A stretch of 34,118 bases of DNA. Origin: a virus. Lineage: Duplodnaviria; Caudoviricetes. Below, in pieces: positions 17,879 to 25,956 of the stretch. Numbering within the stretch: position 1 is the first letter of the stretch; every line of letters starts with the position of its first letter. The stretch lies in the IMG/VR virus record IMGVR_UViG_3300044742_000141, positions 1 through 34,118 of that record. One strand, written 5' to 3'. The notes below the pieces were generated by a model. It was not told where the DNA came from. It searched no databases and saw only the letters and a list, made by a program, of their open reading frames with translations. The translations under genes and the position numbers were made by a program.

Positions 17879-18588
17879 TAGACTTTTCTCCCTGGATAGT
17901 TTGAAGGAAGTTGAGGCATTGGAAATGATCCTCCGCGACTCCTTAAATCACTCGGCTCTAAATTATGTCTCTTCGAGACATAAGTACTGGCATTTATTAA
18001 TTTCAGTACCTCGAATTGACCACGATATTTCATCTTATGATAATTTGATGCAATTAGGTTTTGACCCTTACCCTCGCGTAAGAACGCTCGGTAGAGAGCA
18101 TAATGTTTCTTGTAGCGGCGGCCCAAATGGTCAGGAAGTGCAAATTCCGCGTCAGTGGGATCACTAGTCCTGTAGCAAGTTACTATGCACTGCTGTCTTA
18201 TTTCTGTGGCATCCCAAAGGTCTTCAAGTCCCGTTGGGACTTTGGAAGAATTCGGTGTTGGAATTAGTCTTATGACGCTGAGATTAGTAGGATGGACAGT
18301 ATAGTATCTCGGAATACCTGACGAATACTCATTTTTAGTTACTTCACTCACCACCGCACGGTTATACATGAGGTTATTAGCCTCATTGAAATCCATCGGC
18401 TCTAGCTTCTTACCTTCCCAAGTGATATACATCACTTTCTTTATGGAAGGGTCCAAACCATAAGTGCTCTGGTCAGCGTTTATGGTAAGCGCATACTTCT
18501 CGAAATGCAAATCAAGATCAGAAGCGATGCGCTTTTCGGCTTCGCTCAACAAGTTACTGAGATATGCGTCTTCCCAAATGATTGGCAT
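17878..18588 (-). CDS. head-tail adaptor (tail tubular protein A-like), copy 2 (236 aa)
   Basis: WEDAYLSNLLSEAE...TYGL...GIPRYY...IRLIPTP...LPDH...YALYRAF: podovirus adaptor pattern. Confidence 0.65.
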   Translation of the reverse strand: MPIIWEDAYLSNLLSEAEKRIASDLDLHFEKYALTINADQSTYGLDPSIKKVMYITWEGKKLEPMDFNEANNLMYNRAVVSEVTKNEYSSGIPRYYTVHPTNLSVIRLIPTPNSSKVPTGLEDLWDATEIRQQCIVTCYRTSDPTDAEFALPDHLGRRYKKHYALYRAFLREGKGQNLIASNYHKMKYRGQFEVLKLINASTYVSKRHNLEPSDLRSRGGSFPMPQLPSNYPGRKV

Positions 18589-18789
18589 TTAGTACTTCCT
18601 CAACACTACTCCTAGAGAAGTTCCAAACAAAAGTGAGAGTACTAGATTGATAAGTAGGATGGAAAGTAGAACGTACACTGCAATGCTGATGAACCTAACA
18701 ATAGTCCCATCAAGAGTGGGGAATTGCCTTAACGCCCATAACGCTAGAGCGCATATCAGACACACCACAACGAATTGAATTATCACCAT
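18589..18789 (-). CDS. small two-transmembrane-helix protein (holin candidate, 66 aa)
   Basis: Two hydrophobic stretches separated by RQFPTLDG; basic C-terminus (LRKY). Confidence 0.55.
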   Translation of the reverse strand: MVIIQFVVVCLICALALWALRQFPTLDGTIVRFISIAVYVLLSILLINLVLSLLFGTSLGVVLRKY

Positions 18790-19415
18790 GACCCCCTTAA
18801 ACCATTAACGTAGTCGGGTAAGATCAAACGGTTACGAAAAGTCTTACACTCTTCAGCGTCTTCATTGAACTGCTTCTCATAGATCTCTGCTTTGGTCCAT
18901 TCTTCTGCTTTGGTTAAGAGTACAGAAGTAGCGTAATTCTCCAAAGCACGAAACCCAGAATCCACAGGAATGTTAAGATCAGATGACCCAAGAAGTGTTG
19001 GCGCATTTGCATAATAAAACACCCAAAGATTTGAAGCGGTGCTCACAGTAGCGTGTGGAAACAACGCGACACGTCTATAATTAGCAACCCAGAAGTCTGT
19101 TGAACTTCCTGTTTGCAATTCCCAATCATCTCTCTGATATTGCATCCATCTAATGTCACGACTCACTAACCAATATTTAGTTGAGGCTCTATAAATCCCG
19201 CGCAGCGCCACAAAGTCGGGGATGAGAGTGACAAGATCATAAAATACTCTATTTGCGGTCTCATTTATAGCAATTGCTTTGGGGAGTAGGCCGTGAGTTA
19301 CTGTGAGATCTTCATAACCATCTTGAATCGCGTCTTGAACTTCTTCAGGGGTCGTGAAGATTCCAGAGTCGTTGAGATTGGTTTGGACTAAAGCTGATAG
19401 CTCATCTCGAGTCAT
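18783..19415 (-). CDS. head-tail adaptor (tail tubular protein A-like), copy 1 (210 aa)
   Basis: MTRDELSALVQTNLND...FTTPEEVQDAIQDG...VALFPH...YYANAPTL...IP...ALENYA: adaptor pattern. Confidence 0.65.
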   Translation of the reverse strand: MTRDELSALVQTNLNDSGIFTTPEEVQDAIQDGYEDLTVTHGLLPKAIAINETANRVFYDLVTLIPDFVALRGIYRASTKYWLVSRDIRWMQYQRDDWELQTGSSTDFWVANYRRVALFPHATVSTASNLWVFYYANAPTLLGSSDLNIPVDSGFRALENYATSVLLTKAEEWTKAEIYEKQFNEDAEECKTFRNRLILPDYVNGLRGSW

Positions 19416-19612
19416 ACGGATTCCAATTTACGTTTAAATTGATAAAATCGGCAGTGAAGCATACGATATAATTCGTCACGCTCAATATCAGTAAACTTGG
19501 CATGTAATGAAGTTGAGAGCATATTCTTATTACATAAATCATCTTTTATGCTATGTAAAAACTCATCTTCAAAAGATTTAAATGCCACTTCAGAAATAAT
19601 ATATGCGCGCAT
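19412..19612 (-). CDS. hypothetical protein (66 aa)
   Basis: ORF fills the gap exactly, abutting the methyltransferase stop and overlapping the adaptor start (ATGA). Confidence 0.55.
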   Translation of the reverse strand: MRAYIISEVAFKSFEDEFLHSIKDDLCNKNMLSTSLHAKFTDIERDELYRMLHCRFYQFKRKLESV

Positions 19613-20194
19613 TTAATTTCCAACCATCTTATTTACATCAGAAACTGCAACACTTAACGGTTTTACATTTCCAAAGATCCGCTGAGTTAGAACGTCCTCA
19701 TAAGTAGGCCGCGCCACGCCTTTACGGGCGCGCAAAACAGTGTACTGAGGATTTCCGTTATTCTCCTCATTACGAGTCTCAATATCTTCAAATCCAACCG
19801 TAAGGAGGAAGTCCTTCAATTCTGGCGTGTGCATCGCGCATACGTGAAAATCCTTGGGGTCGAGCTGGCGGCCAAAGATACAGTTTTCCCAAAAAGCTCG
19901 CTTACCCATAAAGTTATCAAGCCAAAACTTGAGACATACGCTAAACTCAGGATAACCTAAAACCAGTCTTCCCTTCGGGCCTAGAATTCTATGGAATTCA
20001 GAAAGTAAGGAGAGGTGGAATCGCTTCTCGATGTGCTCGATGGCATGGAAGAATACAACCTCTTCAACCTCCCCATCTTTCCATGGAAGAATTCCTGCGA
20101 CATCCAATACCATATCTGGCTCAACTTCTGGATTAACGTCAACATTTACATACCCATCGAGTTTAGTAAGCCCACAAGCTAAATTAAGCTTCAT
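19613..20194 (-). CDS. class I SAM-dependent methyltransferase (small-molecule/sugar type, 193 aa)
   Basis: KLNLACG (motif I), GYVNVD, PDMVLD, LPWKDGEVEEV, HAIEH, HRILGPKGRL; no DPPY/NPPY or PCQ DNA-methyltransferase motif. Confidence 0.85.
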   Translation of the reverse strand: MKLNLACGLTKLDGYVNVDVNPEVEPDMVLDVAGILPWKDGEVEEVVFFHAIEHIEKRFHLSLLSEFHRILGPKGRLVLGYPEFSVCLKFWLDNFMGKRAFWENCIFGRQLDPKDFHVCAMHTPELKDFLLTVGFEDIETRNEENNGNPQYTVLRARKGVARPTYEDVLTQRIFGNVKPLSVAVSDVNKMVGN

Positions 20195-20201
20195 GATATT
20201 T

Positions 20202-20984
20202 TTATTTTTCAGCTAATACAGCCATTAAAGACGCTGGATCTCTATCCTGACGTTCAGGATTCACAGTCTTTTCAATTCCAGGATATCTCTTCTCATCAAA
20301 TTCTTTTTGAAATTTAACGCTCTCAGGGTGAATAATTTCCGTGCCTAACAAATGACCTGTTTTCACCCATGTATGTGCAAAGATGCTAACATCAGCCACC
20401 TGCTCCGCAGCTCTTTTACAAAAGAATACATCTTCAGTTTGGTGAGTTCCTGTGACAAAGAATGGGGGTATGACTTTTTTAAGTAAGTCCACTTTTATCA
20501 GGCAACACGAAAATCCCACGGCGTCAACTTTAAGAAGGCCGCTCTCCTTATCCGCCTTCTCTTCATAGTCATCTACAAAAGAATTCTTTTTGTACGCAGG
20601 ATCTGTGAAGTTGAAAATCATTGGATGATACGGATATCCTCTGATGTGCGTGACTCCACAGATAATGTCTTTGTCCGCCTCAACGAGTCTATGCCACGCA
20701 TCTATTGGGAGTAAGACATCATCATCAATGAACATAAGGTAATCAAAATCACCTTCAAGAGCAACCTTAGCAGCTTCATTTCGCATCCTGTCGATGCTCA
20801 TACGTCTTGGATTACATAGAGCAAAGTTAACGTCTTTACCACCTTCGGGGGTGAGTTTCTTTTTATCCTCACTTCCCTTATATACGCCCAAGCGGTAGAA
20901 GAATTGCATATGATTGGAGTATGCAAGCTGATCTACCTGAGATAAGTTATTTATACCGATTAGTGTATTAATTTTGTTCTTCAT
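20202..20984 (-). CDS. GT-A (GT2-like) glycosyltransferase; start moved to MKNKIN at 20984
   Basis: IDRMRNEAA, FDYLMFIDDDVLLP (DxD), DKDIICG, VDAVGFSCCLIKVD, TEDVFFC, GH. The first 21 codons of the track ORF (from 21047) run through a terminator-like hairpin. Confidence 0.85.
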   Translation of the reverse strand: MKNKINTLIGINNLSQVDQLAYSNHMQFFYRLGVYKGSEDKKKLTPEGGKDVNFALCNPRRMSIDRMRNEAAKVALEGDFDYLMFIDDDVLLPIDAWHRLVEADKDIICGVTHIRGYPYHPMIFNFTDPAYKKNSFVDDYEEKADKESGLLKVDAVGFSCCLIKVDLLKKVIPPFFVTGTHQTEDVFFCKRAAEQVADVSIFAHTWVKTGHLLGTEIIHPESVKFQKEFDEKRYPGIEKTVNPERQDRDPASLMAVLAEK

Positions 20985-21005
20985 GCTGAAACTTATATGA
21001 ATTTT

Positions 21006-21046
21006 AAAAAGTGGGCCGCCCGCCGGGGGTAACGGGGAGCGGCCCA
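21006..21046 (-). terminator. intrinsic terminator after the capsid and cement genes
   Basis: Minus strand TGGGCCGC...GCGGCCCA stem followed by CTTTTT. Confidence 0.65.
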
Positions 21047-21110
21047 TACTAGGTCTACCGGAAAATAAACCTAAAATCTTCTAACGATCAAAGCTAAAAT
21101 CCCGCAAGGG

Positions 21111-21653
21111 CTAGAGGGCCTTCACGAAGACTCTCGCCAAAACCGTTAGAGCCGTACCATTTGTTGTTGCCGTGCTCAATGTAGAATTGAACGAAGCAAC
21201 ATCACTTGCCAAAAACGCAAACGCAAGACGGTTTCCGTAGAAAGTCGTTGCGTCTGTTGAAGCAAAAGCTGCACTACCTGCGGCAGTTGAAAAACAATTA
21301 TTAACCGTGTCGAGACTCAAAAGCTGGCCTTTAGCCATTGAGGTCGAACCGGCCCAATTTGAAGTATCCGAAGCGCGCGTTGCGCGAAGAAGAATGGCAT
21401 TCTTGTGAATACCAAAAGATACAACTTCACCATAAGCGCCAATACCAATTGTATCGGTAGTGATTCCCATGAAGAAAGTCGTAGCCAAGTCCGTTGTAAG
21501 TCCAGAAGGAAGTTTGATGGCAAGTCCATCTTCTGTTCCATCAAGACCCATCGAAACTGGAGTGCCACGAGGAATAGACACACCAGAATCATTTTTAACT
21601 ACAAGTCTGGTACGATCACCACTGCTAGGAGCGCCAACTTGAGGAGTATTCAT
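21111..21653 (-). CDS. capsid decoration / cement protein, Ser/Thr-rich (180 aa)
   Basis: Directly downstream of the major capsid gene; strong AAGGAG RBS; VKNDSGVSIPRGTPV...FMGI...IGIGAYGEV..FG pattern; 44/180 residues are S/T by hand count. Confidence 0.7.
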   Translation of the reverse strand: MNTPQVGAPSSGDRTRLVVKNDSGVSIPRGTPVSMGLDGTEDGLAIKLPSGLTTDLATTFFMGITTDTIGIGAYGEVVSFGIHKNAILLRATRASDTSNWAGSTSMAKGQLLSLDTVNNCFSTAAGSAAFASTDATTFYGNRLAFAFLASDVASFNSTLSTATTNGTALTVLARVFVKAL

Positions 21654-21674
21654 TTCTTTATATCTCCTTTCTCT

Positions 21675-22751
21675 TTAAGTGAGCGACCTGGCAATTTTGC
21701 CAAGAACACCATGCTTGCGACGATTATTCACACAGATATTTCCCGTCCAGACCATATGGCCCACACGAGAATCACCATTGATGGGCTTAGCAAAACTCTT
21801 GCCATTCTCATCTTTGAGCATCACAAAATCCCTGCCGCTCATGTACTTCATCCTAAAAAACTTGGTATTGATGAAGTAGGCCGTTCCACCAGTTGTGGTA
21901 GAAGTGTCCGTAGTACCTGCAAAGACATTGGGAATTTTCTCATCCCATGCAACCGTGGCTCCCATAAACTTGAAATTAGTAAATGGAAACTTTTGGTCTT
22001 CTGAGATTTGACGATACTGATTGAAGAACGCAAAGTGGAAAAGCTCATAAGAACCCTGATCCATGAGGATAAGATCCGGTGGGCCGCCCGCGCTCTTAGA
22101 GCAGTTGTTATACATGTTAACCATCTCTTTCAAGAAGCCAACATAAGTGGTAGCAACTGAAGTGAAGGTCTGATTCCTCCACCAAGTTTCGGTATTTCCA
22201 GAAATGTTTCCAACCGTCTCTGCCGTTGTGCTATACTCGATGAGTTTAGCGATAGGATCAACAGAAGTAGATCCATTCACTGCGCTAACTTTGGGAGTTG
22301 TTAATGCGCCATTTCCACTTCCCTGGAGGAAGTGAGTCATGAAGCCTTCTTGAATCCCCATCTCAGCTTGCATGATCTTGGTTTTTACCAGATCAACAAT
22401 TCGCTCTCTGTTCTTTAGAACGTCGAGCATTGCATACACGATGGGTGTAACAATGCTGCTCCATTGATAAACCGCAGAAGTTACACCTTCAATTGGTGCA
22501 ACACTCAGTTCATCATAACCCTCATACGTGTCGATGGGGTTTAGAGCGGTCATGAGCGGAATCTGAATGTAAGTTCCAGATCCGCCGTCCTCATACATAT
22601 TACCAGCAATTAGTTTATGGAAAAGTGCATTGGATTTACCAATATTATCAATCATCTTCTTGCTGTAATTTGCAAGAGTTTGGCTAAAAAGCGCGTCAAG
22701 ATAAGTAGTAATATTTGAGGGATTTGAGGTATCGCCAAACGTGATGGCCAT
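21675..22751 (-). CDS. major capsid protein (HK97-fold, 358 aa)
   Basis: Order portal-scaffold-capsid; DNIGKSNALF, IQIPL, YEGYDEL, VGNISG...WWRN, PDLILM, FKFMGA, AYFINTK, GNICVNNRR. Confidence 0.88.
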   Translation of the reverse strand: MAITFGDTSNPSNITTYLDALFSQTLANYSKKMIDNIGKSNALFHKLIAGNMYEDGGSGTYIQIPLMTALNPIDTYEGYDELSVAPIEGVTSAVYQWSSIVTPIVYAMLDVLKNRERIVDLVKTKIMQAEMGIQEGFMTHFLQGSGNGALTTPKVSAVNGSTSVDPIAKLIEYSTTAETVGNISGNTETWWRNQTFTSVATTYVGFLKEMVNMYNNCSKSAGGPPDLILMDQGSYELFHFAFFNQYRQISEDQKFPFTNFKFMGATVAWDEKIPNVFAGTTDTSTTTGGTAYFINTKFFRMKYMSGRDFVMLKDENGKSFAKPINGDSRVGHMVWTGNICVNNRRKHGVLGKIARSLT

Positions 22752-22785
22752 AAAAATCCCTTCGGGATTTTGAATCCCTGTTATA

Positions 22786-23577
22786 TCACTTGATGGATTC
22801 CATAGCTCTAGCTATGGCATCGTCTAGTGATTCTGCTGGCCGCGCCTTGACTCCAGCGTCAGTCGGGCGTTTTCCGTTTAGTTTTGTATCTGGATCGGAT
22901 GAATTGCGGGTGATTTTACCCGCTAACGCTTTCGATTGCTTCACCTTGTTTCCTCGATGTTTAGCAATCGCATAAAGCTCTTCAAGATGTTCTTTAGCCG
23001 AAATGCCTTTTGGCATTGGAGTACGCTCAATGAGTACAGCTATTTCTGATTCGTACTCCCCTGCGTCAGTATATGTTGCTGCAAGCCAAGTAAAAGCCTC
23101 ATCCGCCTCGCGTTCCGCTTGGCGGTTGCTAATTTCTGCTAGTTGAGCTGCGCTAAGTTTACGCTCATTAGCTAAAACCTTTTCCATCACATTCCCTAGC
23201 TTTCCAGCTAGGAATTGGTATTCATCGCCAAGTTCTTCCTTGATAACATCACGGAGAGAACTAACTTTTTCTGCTTTTACTTCGGGAGTGTCGCGCGGCC
23301 CGAAGGAGATGTTATGCTCTTGAGCTAGAACAGTGAGAATGGACTTTGCAGTTCGGGGATCTTTTAGTGCTCGATAAAGCGATAGTGCTGAGGTTTGCTC
23401 TTGCTTTTCGTCATCGGACGTTGAAGAGTCAGATACAGAGAGGTCTTTCCCTTCTTTCCCTGTTGATGTCCCCGCACTGTCCCCAGTCCCTTGGCTTTCC
23501 TGAAGAACGTTCCCGCTCGATTCAGTGATGCCCCCTTCTTGGGATTGAATATTATCGACATTTGCTTCTTCTACCAT
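22786..23577 (-). CDS. capsid scaffolding protein (263 aa)
   Basis: Acidic disordered N-terminus, helical core, C-terminal SLDDAIARAM helix; immediately upstream of the capsid gene. Confidence 0.7.
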   Translation of the reverse strand: MVEEANVDNIQSQEGGITESSGNVLQESQGTGDSAGTSTGKEGKDLSVSDSSTSDDEKQEQTSALSLYRALKDPRTAKSILTVLAQEHNISFGPRDTPEVKAEKVSSLRDVIKEELGDEYQFLAGKLGNVMEKVLANERKLSAAQLAEISNRQAEREADEAFTWLAATYTDAGEYESEIAVLIERTPMPKGISAKEHLEELYAIAKHRGNKVKQSKALAGKITRNSSDPDTKLNGKRPTDAGVKARPAESLDDAIARAMESIK

Positions 23578-23703
23578 TTGTTGAATTTCCTAATTTGGTT
23601 AAATGAAAAGATTAATAACCTACGGATTTACGCATTTTTGGCGTTTTAGCCGAAGGCGGCCGCGCGGCCAGTTTCGCTGCTAGTAATTTTACTGAACTCT
23701 TCT

Positions 23704-24132
23704 TCATAACTTTTCAAAATCTCCAAAGAACTCCTGTTCTTTAGCTGGATCATTTTGGAATACGTACATCACAGCTTCTTCCTTACTTCTTTGCTGTGCG
23801 TTGGAGACGTTAAGCATCAAGAAGTAATCTTCCCAACCAGGATATTCATTTACGTCATTATTATCCGCAGCGATTCGAACTTGCTTCATTTCCACAGGTA
23901 CTTTACTTCCCCACTTACCCATGACATGAACAGGTTCATCCGATGGAAAACCGTTGAGCTTAACAAAGTCATCAATGGTCATGCCATCTTCAAAAGCAGT
24001 GGAGGGCATCACAACTCTAAGAGTTGGTGCTGGTAGCTGATTTGAGATGCAATAATTAGAAATTACTAGTGCATCATCACACGAGATGTTTTCGTCATCA
24101 TGAAGTGCTTTGTACTGTTCCCATTTTTCCAT
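23704..24132 (-). CDS. hypothetical acidic protein (142 aa)
   Basis: GGAG RBS; sits between portal and scaffold. Confidence 0.65.
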   Translation of the reverse strand: MEKWEQYKALHDDENISCDDALVISNYCISNQLPAPTLRVVMPSTAFEDGMTIDDFVKLNGFPSDEPVHVMGKWGSKVPVEMKQVRIAADNNDVNEYPGWEDYFLMLNVSNAQQRSKEEAVMYVFQNDPAKEQEFFGDFEKL

Positions 24133-24147
24133 GTTATTCTCCAGTTT

Positions 24148-25944
24148 CTATTGAACTAACTGATTGTTCAGTTGATTATTTATATCATCTTGAGTTGGGG
24201 GAGTATTTTGCTCGCTTACGCGCTGCATCTCTCCAGTTCCGCCTGCACTCTGTTGTGGGCCGCCTGCGGCTGGAGCGCCCCCACCCTGCGCGGCCATCAT
24301 TTGAAGTAACGCCGCGTTTTGCATCTCACGAATTACTCGCTCATTTCGATATCCCACTTTATATGCTGCTTCTCGAATGAGAAGCGGACTCATGGCTAGT
24401 TCTGGGAAGTTCTTGAGAATCGAAATGAATTCAATGAACTTGGTCTTTTCAACTTCATTCTGCGCTGGAGAAGTCGAACTTACGTCTACAAGAAGTTTGA
24501 ACTCATACCCATCATCTAGATCCGCAGGATTTAAGAGCTTATATTCCGTCTCGGGTTTGTATTCTTGGTAGAGTTGGGAAGACTTATCAGTCGATTCAAC
24601 CATAACTGGTAAGGTAAGCCGGTCCCCGGCTGTGATGATTGCAAGCCTAGCAATCTCTGTGATAAAAGTGTTAACGTCTTCTGTGTCCGCGGTCTCCCTA
24701 ACGTTCGACCTGTTTTCGATAATCTGGGCTTGAGTTGCAGTTTGGCGATCCGCGACTCCGCGCGCTTCGCTTGAAGTTCCTGATATAATGTTGAAGTCTT
24801 CACGAGTTACTCCAAGGGATTGAATTGCTTGTGCGCCGAGATCAGCGTTCCCTATGGGAACGATTCCTGGATTATCAACCCGCTCCATTTCAATAACTGT
24901 TCCGTCGGGGCCATGATTGAATTTAGAAAGTTCTTCATGAGAGAAGACGCCCTTACCAACCTGAAACTTTCTTACGAATCTCTTTCTATGATTTCTGGCT
25001 TGTTCTCTAGCCTCATTAATCTCGTCTTGCTGTGATAACCAATGAAATACCGGAGGTATTGGGTAAAAGCCATCAAAGTCCAAATCCCAACGAAAATCCA
25101 CGATAGGAGAGTAGGTAAATGGCTCTTCATAATAAATCTCCCCATCGTTATCTAAAACGATGTACTTCTTGTGTGATCTATTATCCCACACTTTCCAGTA
25201 CTTTACTGCGTTCTTGACGTTGGTTACGTTCTCTTCCTTATTATATTTAGCTTCTGCGGAAGTTTCCGAGCTGGAAATTGAACCAATTTTCTCTCCGGTG
25301 GCTTTCTCGAAGTCGGATTTCGTTGCATAGTCGTAATACCCGTACCAATCGCAAGATGCAAGAGAATCCTCGGATCGCTCAGACACTCTAAAATTCTTCG
25401 GAGAGATGCGTCTAAAGAAGATGTGCTCTTCTTCGGTGAGGAGTTCGGGCTTTGTGATGATACGATCTTTAGACTTTTCACTGTCCGTATCAGACGCCCA
25501 TTCTGGCCGCTGTGCCTTGGGATTCTCGATAAACGAACCAGAATACGCAACTTCCATGATTCCAAACCTAAAGAAGCCATCACGGATACACTTCTTCAAG
25601 TTAAAAGAGAACTTGTTCTTGGGGTTTTGGATTATAGTGTTGACGTAAGCCTCTTTACGCTGCGCGGAGGCCAGACTTCGCTCAAGATCGTATGAAGCGT
25701 CAATTGCTTTGGGGACTGCAATGATGTAAGGAGTGTTGACGAGATAATTCGCTAACTTGATCTTGATGGTGGAGTAGACCAGATTTAGAGTGTAGGGACG
25801 GTTATCTGGCCCGAGGGAGAGTTGAAGATTCCATTGCTTTCCACGGTAGTATTCCTCCAGCGTTTGACACATATATTCATTAGCCCACGAATCGTAGGCT
25901 TGATCCGCCGCGTGGAATCGTTTTGTCCAGTAATTATTTTCCAT
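24148..25944 (-). CDS. portal protein (P22-like, 598 aa)
   Basis: Follows TerL; YYRGKQW, LNLVYS, RRISPKNF, QQDEIN, ISGTS..ARG....TATQAQI; Gln/Gly-rich C-terminus. Confidence 0.88.
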   Translation of the reverse strand: MENNYWTKRFHAADQAYDSWANEYMCQTLEEYYRGKQWNLQLSLGPDNRPYTLNLVYSTIKIKLANYLVNTPYIIAVPKAIDASYDLERSLASAQRKEAYVNTIIQNPKNKFSFNLKKCIRDGFFRFGIMEVAYSGSFIENPKAQRPEWASDTDSEKSKDRIITKPELLTEEEHIFFRRISPKNFRVSERSEDSLASCDWYGYYDYATKSDFEKATGEKIGSISSSETSAEAKYNKEENVTNVKNAVKYWKVWDNRSHKKYIVLDNDGEIYYEEPFTYSPIVDFRWDLDFDGFYPIPPVFHWLSQQDEINEAREQARNHRKRFVRKFQVGKGVFSHEELSKFNHGPDGTVIEMERVDNPGIVPIGNADLGAQAIQSLGVTREDFNIISGTSSEARGVADRQTATQAQIIENRSNVRETADTEDVNTFITEIARLAIITAGDRLTLPVMVESTDKSSQLYQEYKPETEYKLLNPADLDDGYEFKLLVDVSSTSPAQNEVEKTKFIEFISILKNFPELAMSPLLIREAAYKVGYRNERVIREMQNAALLQMMAAQGGGAPAAGGPQQSAGGTGEMQRVSEQNTPPTQDDINNQLNNQLVQ

Positions 25945-25956
25945 TACTTAATTAAC

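Noticed and set aside
16060-20194. Methyltransferases as DNA (restriction-modification) methylases for GCGGCC
   Set aside because: They lack PCQ and (D/N/S)PP(Y/F) catalytic motifs, resemble small-molecule/sugar methyltransferases, and are tied to glycosyltransferases
20985-21047. N-terminal extension MGRSPLPPAGGP... of the glycosyltransferase in the ORF track
   Set aside because: It is the translation of a GC-rich terminator hairpin; the ATG at 20984 fits the domain start better
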